Shown: positions 23,940-25,631 of the stretch, one piece after another
How positions within the stretch are numbered: the first letter of the stretch is position 1
How the letters are laid out: every line of letters starts with the position of its first letter
Source: Nitrososphaerota archaeon
GTDB taxonomy: Archaea; Thermoproteota; Nitrososphaeria; Nitrososphaerales; UBA57
Length of the DNA stretch: 25,631 nt
NCBI GenBank assembly: GCA_002713205.1
Contig: PAVW01000019.1
Location: 1-25,631, forward strand
Reading direction: 5' to 3'
Position numbers and translations under genes: made by a program
The notes under the pieces: model-generated
The model's input: the letters and a program-made list of their open reading frames with translations, nothing else
Database searches by the model: none
What the model was told of the DNA's origin: nothing

Positions 23940-24866
23940 TTGCTAAATTTCATACTTGATGCTTTGATATATGCTGGCGTATTTGGAATTCTAGCAATCA
24001 GTCTGAATCTTGAAGCAGGATTCACTCGTTTGATGAATTACGGAAAAGTTGCCTTCTTTGGTATTGGTGCATACACCTCTGCACTGCTAGCATTAAACGG
24101 ATACAATTTCATATTCACTTTGATAGCTGCTATCCTTTTATCAGCATTTGCAGGATTTCTTATCTCTTTGCCTACACTCAGGCTTCGCGAGGATTATTTC
24201 GCAATTGTCACAGTATCTTTTGGCGAAATCCTACGGCTGTTCTTTATCAGTGAAGCATGGCTTACCAATGGCACAAGGGGGCTTCCAGGTATACCTAGAC
24301 CATTGGCTGACGTCATTCCAACCAATAATTATCTCTTATTTTACGTTCCTGTCGTTTTCATATTTGTATTTGCGTGCTATTTGATAGCTACACGAATAGT
24401 AAACTCTCCGTTTGGACGAGTTCTGAAATCTATTCGAGAAGATGAAGTTGCATCAAAGTCACTTGGAAAAGACATTTTCCAATTCAAAACAAAATCTTTG
24501 ATTATTGGTTCATCTATGGCAGGTATTGCAGGACATCTTTTCTCATATCATCTTCGTTTCATATCTCCAGACATGTTCTTTCCTGTTCTTACATTCACTA
24601 TCTGGACGATGATGGTTATTGGAGGAATTGCAAATATCAAGGGTTCAATTCTTGGAGCTTTGATTGTACAAACTTTCGAAAGAGGCATGTCAATTGTTAA
24701 AGATTATATCGTTCTGCCAATTGATCCACTAAACTTTAGGATCATTGTTATTGGTTTTATTTTGATATTGTTTATGATTTATCGACCTGAAGGTATTCTC
24801 CCTGAAGAAAAGACTCAATCTATCTCTACGAGGTTGGAAGGAAATGGAACATCTAAAAATAATTAA
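23940..24866 (+). CDS. livM: branched-chain amino acid-type ABC transporter permease (LivM family)
   Basis: 308-aa polytopic ORF with the LivM-like motifs FGIGAYTSALL and LRLREDYFAIVTVSFGEI. The TTG start abuts the livH TAG stop. Confidence 0.85.
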   Translation: MLNFILDALIYAGVFGILAISLNLEAGFTRLMNYGKVAFFGIGAYTSALLALNGYNFIFTLIAAILLSAFAGFLISLPTLRLREDYFAIVTVSFGEILRLFFISEAWLTNGTRGLPGIPRPLADVIPTNNYLLFYVPVVFIFVFACYLIATRIVNSPFGRVLKSIREDEVASKSLGKDIFQFKTKSLIIGSSMAGIAGHLFSYHLRFISPDMFFPVLTFTIWTMMVIGGIANIKGSILGALIVQTFERGMSIVKDYIVLPIDPLNFRIIVIGFILILFMIYRPEGILPEEKTQSISTRLEGNGTSKNN

Positions 24867-25608
24867 CATTCATAAATCCTTTGGAGGGATAGTTGCACTA
24901 GACGGTGTTGATTTCTCTGTGAAAAGAAAATCAATTACAGGATTGGTTGGACCGAATGGTTCTGGTAAAACTACTTTATTCAATAGTATAACTGGATTCA
25001 TTCCTGTAGACGACGGTTCTATTAAGTTCAATGACCTTGATATAACCAATCTATCTCCTGATAAAATCGCTAATCACGGAATAATCCGTTCATTCCAAAT
25101 ACCTAGACCTTTCTCCAAGATGACAGTTTTGGAAAATGTATTGTTGAGTGGTAAGAATCAACTTGGTGAGAATATCATTCCGCTAATTTTCCGTAAGAAA
25201 GACGTCCTCAAACAAGAGCAAGATAACCATAAACGAGCAAAGGAACTACTAGAACTACTTGATTTGTCGCATTTGACGAATGAATATTCTGCAGGTCTTT
25301 CTGGCGGCCAGAAAAAACTACTTGAACTTGCTAGAATTCTTATGGCCGATCCTGAAATAATCCTTCTTGACGAACCTATTGCAGGAGTGAATCCTACTCT
25401 AGCAAACAAGATATTTGAAAAGATTATCGAAATGCGAGACAAATACGATAAAACATTTTTGATTGTAGAACACAATATAGATGTTGTTCGGGATTACTGT
25501 GATTATATTGGCGTTATGAATCGTGGAAAAATAATTGCTGATGGAGATCCTTCTAAAGTCTTTGAAGACAAAAAAGTATTGAACATATACTTGGGATTGG
25601 ACGATTAA
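24844..25608 (+). CDS. livG: ABC transporter ATP-binding protein (LivG family)
   Basis: 254-aa ORF with Walker A GPNGSGKTT, signature LSGGQKKLLELAR and Walker B IILLDEP. It overlaps livM by 23 nt. Confidence 0.9.
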   Translation: MEHLKIINIHKSFGGIVALDGVDFSVKRKSITGLVGPNGSGKTTLFNSITGFIPVDDGSIKFNDLDITNLSPDKIANHGIIRSFQIPRPFSKMTVLENVLLSGKNQLGENIIPLIFRKKDVLKQEQDNHKRAKELLELLDLSHLTNEYSAGLSGGQKKLLELARILMADPEIILLDEPIAGVNPTLANKIFEKIIEMRDKYDKTFLIVEHNIDVVRDYCDYIGVMNRGKIIADGDPSKVFEDKKVLNIYLGLDD

Positions 25609-25610
25609 AT

Positions 25611-25631
25611 ATGTTTGAAGTATCCGGATTG
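25611..25631 (+). CDS. probable start of the second ATP-binding subunit (LivF-like), truncated at the window edge
   Basis: An ATG 2 nt after the livG stop gives MFEVSGL.... This resembles LivF N termini (..LEV..L), but only 7 codons are visible. Confidence 0.4.

Noticed and set aside
23025-25631. Apparent GC enrichment of the liv operon as a sign of horizontal transfer
   Set aside because: Hand counts of single 60-nt lines gave about 38-50% GC here. Lines within acs and the MFS gene reach 42-47% too, so the contrast is not clearly beyond gene-to-gene variation. A windowed GC and codon-usage calculation is needed before any claim.
1-25631. CRISPR arrays, transposases or integrases, prophage or defence-island genes, and rRNA genes
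   Set aside because: No spaced direct-repeat array was seen. No recognisable recombinase or defence-family ORF was seen. tRNA-flanking duplication is limited to the 11-nt leader copy with no intervening cargo. The window reads as core chromosome.

Overview
AT-rich archaeal chromosomal segment. Gene content and tRNA architecture suggest an ammonia-oxidising thaumarchaeon (Nitrosopumilales-like); this placement is an inference. About 30 tightly packed, mostly housekeeping genes are present. They cover branched-chain amino-acid biosynthesis (truncated leuC, leuA, ilvN, ilvD), endonuclease III, transcription factor TFE, TiaS, an eL31/eL39/PDCD5-like ribosomal cluster, CoaBC, an archaeal-type signal peptidase, a DhnA-type aldolase, acetyl-CoA synthetase and a LivHMG(F) ABC importer. 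I saw no mobile elements, CRISPR arrays or recognisable defence genes. The main second-look items are as follows. (1) Two tRNA genes are each split by two introns: an initiator tRNA-Met with a 32-nt intron inside the T-stem, and a tRNA-Thr(GGU) with an intron at 8/9 plus a pseudo-5' end in its leader. (2) An FtsZ/tubulin-fold protein has degenerate T1, T4 and T7 motifs. (3) Divergent from it lies a 597-aa type-I membrane protein whose architecture and one motif recall eukaryotic ribophorin I/Ost1; this is a hypothesis only. (4) An eL39 gene was missed by the ORF track and sits in a zero-gap operon. (5) eL31 carries a repeat-bearing C-terminal extension. (6) TiaS lies in an operon with a stand-alone RAM-domain protein. 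(7) Non-ATG start codons are frequent and several are supported by homology. All functional calls come from reading the translations against remembered family motifs. No searches were run.
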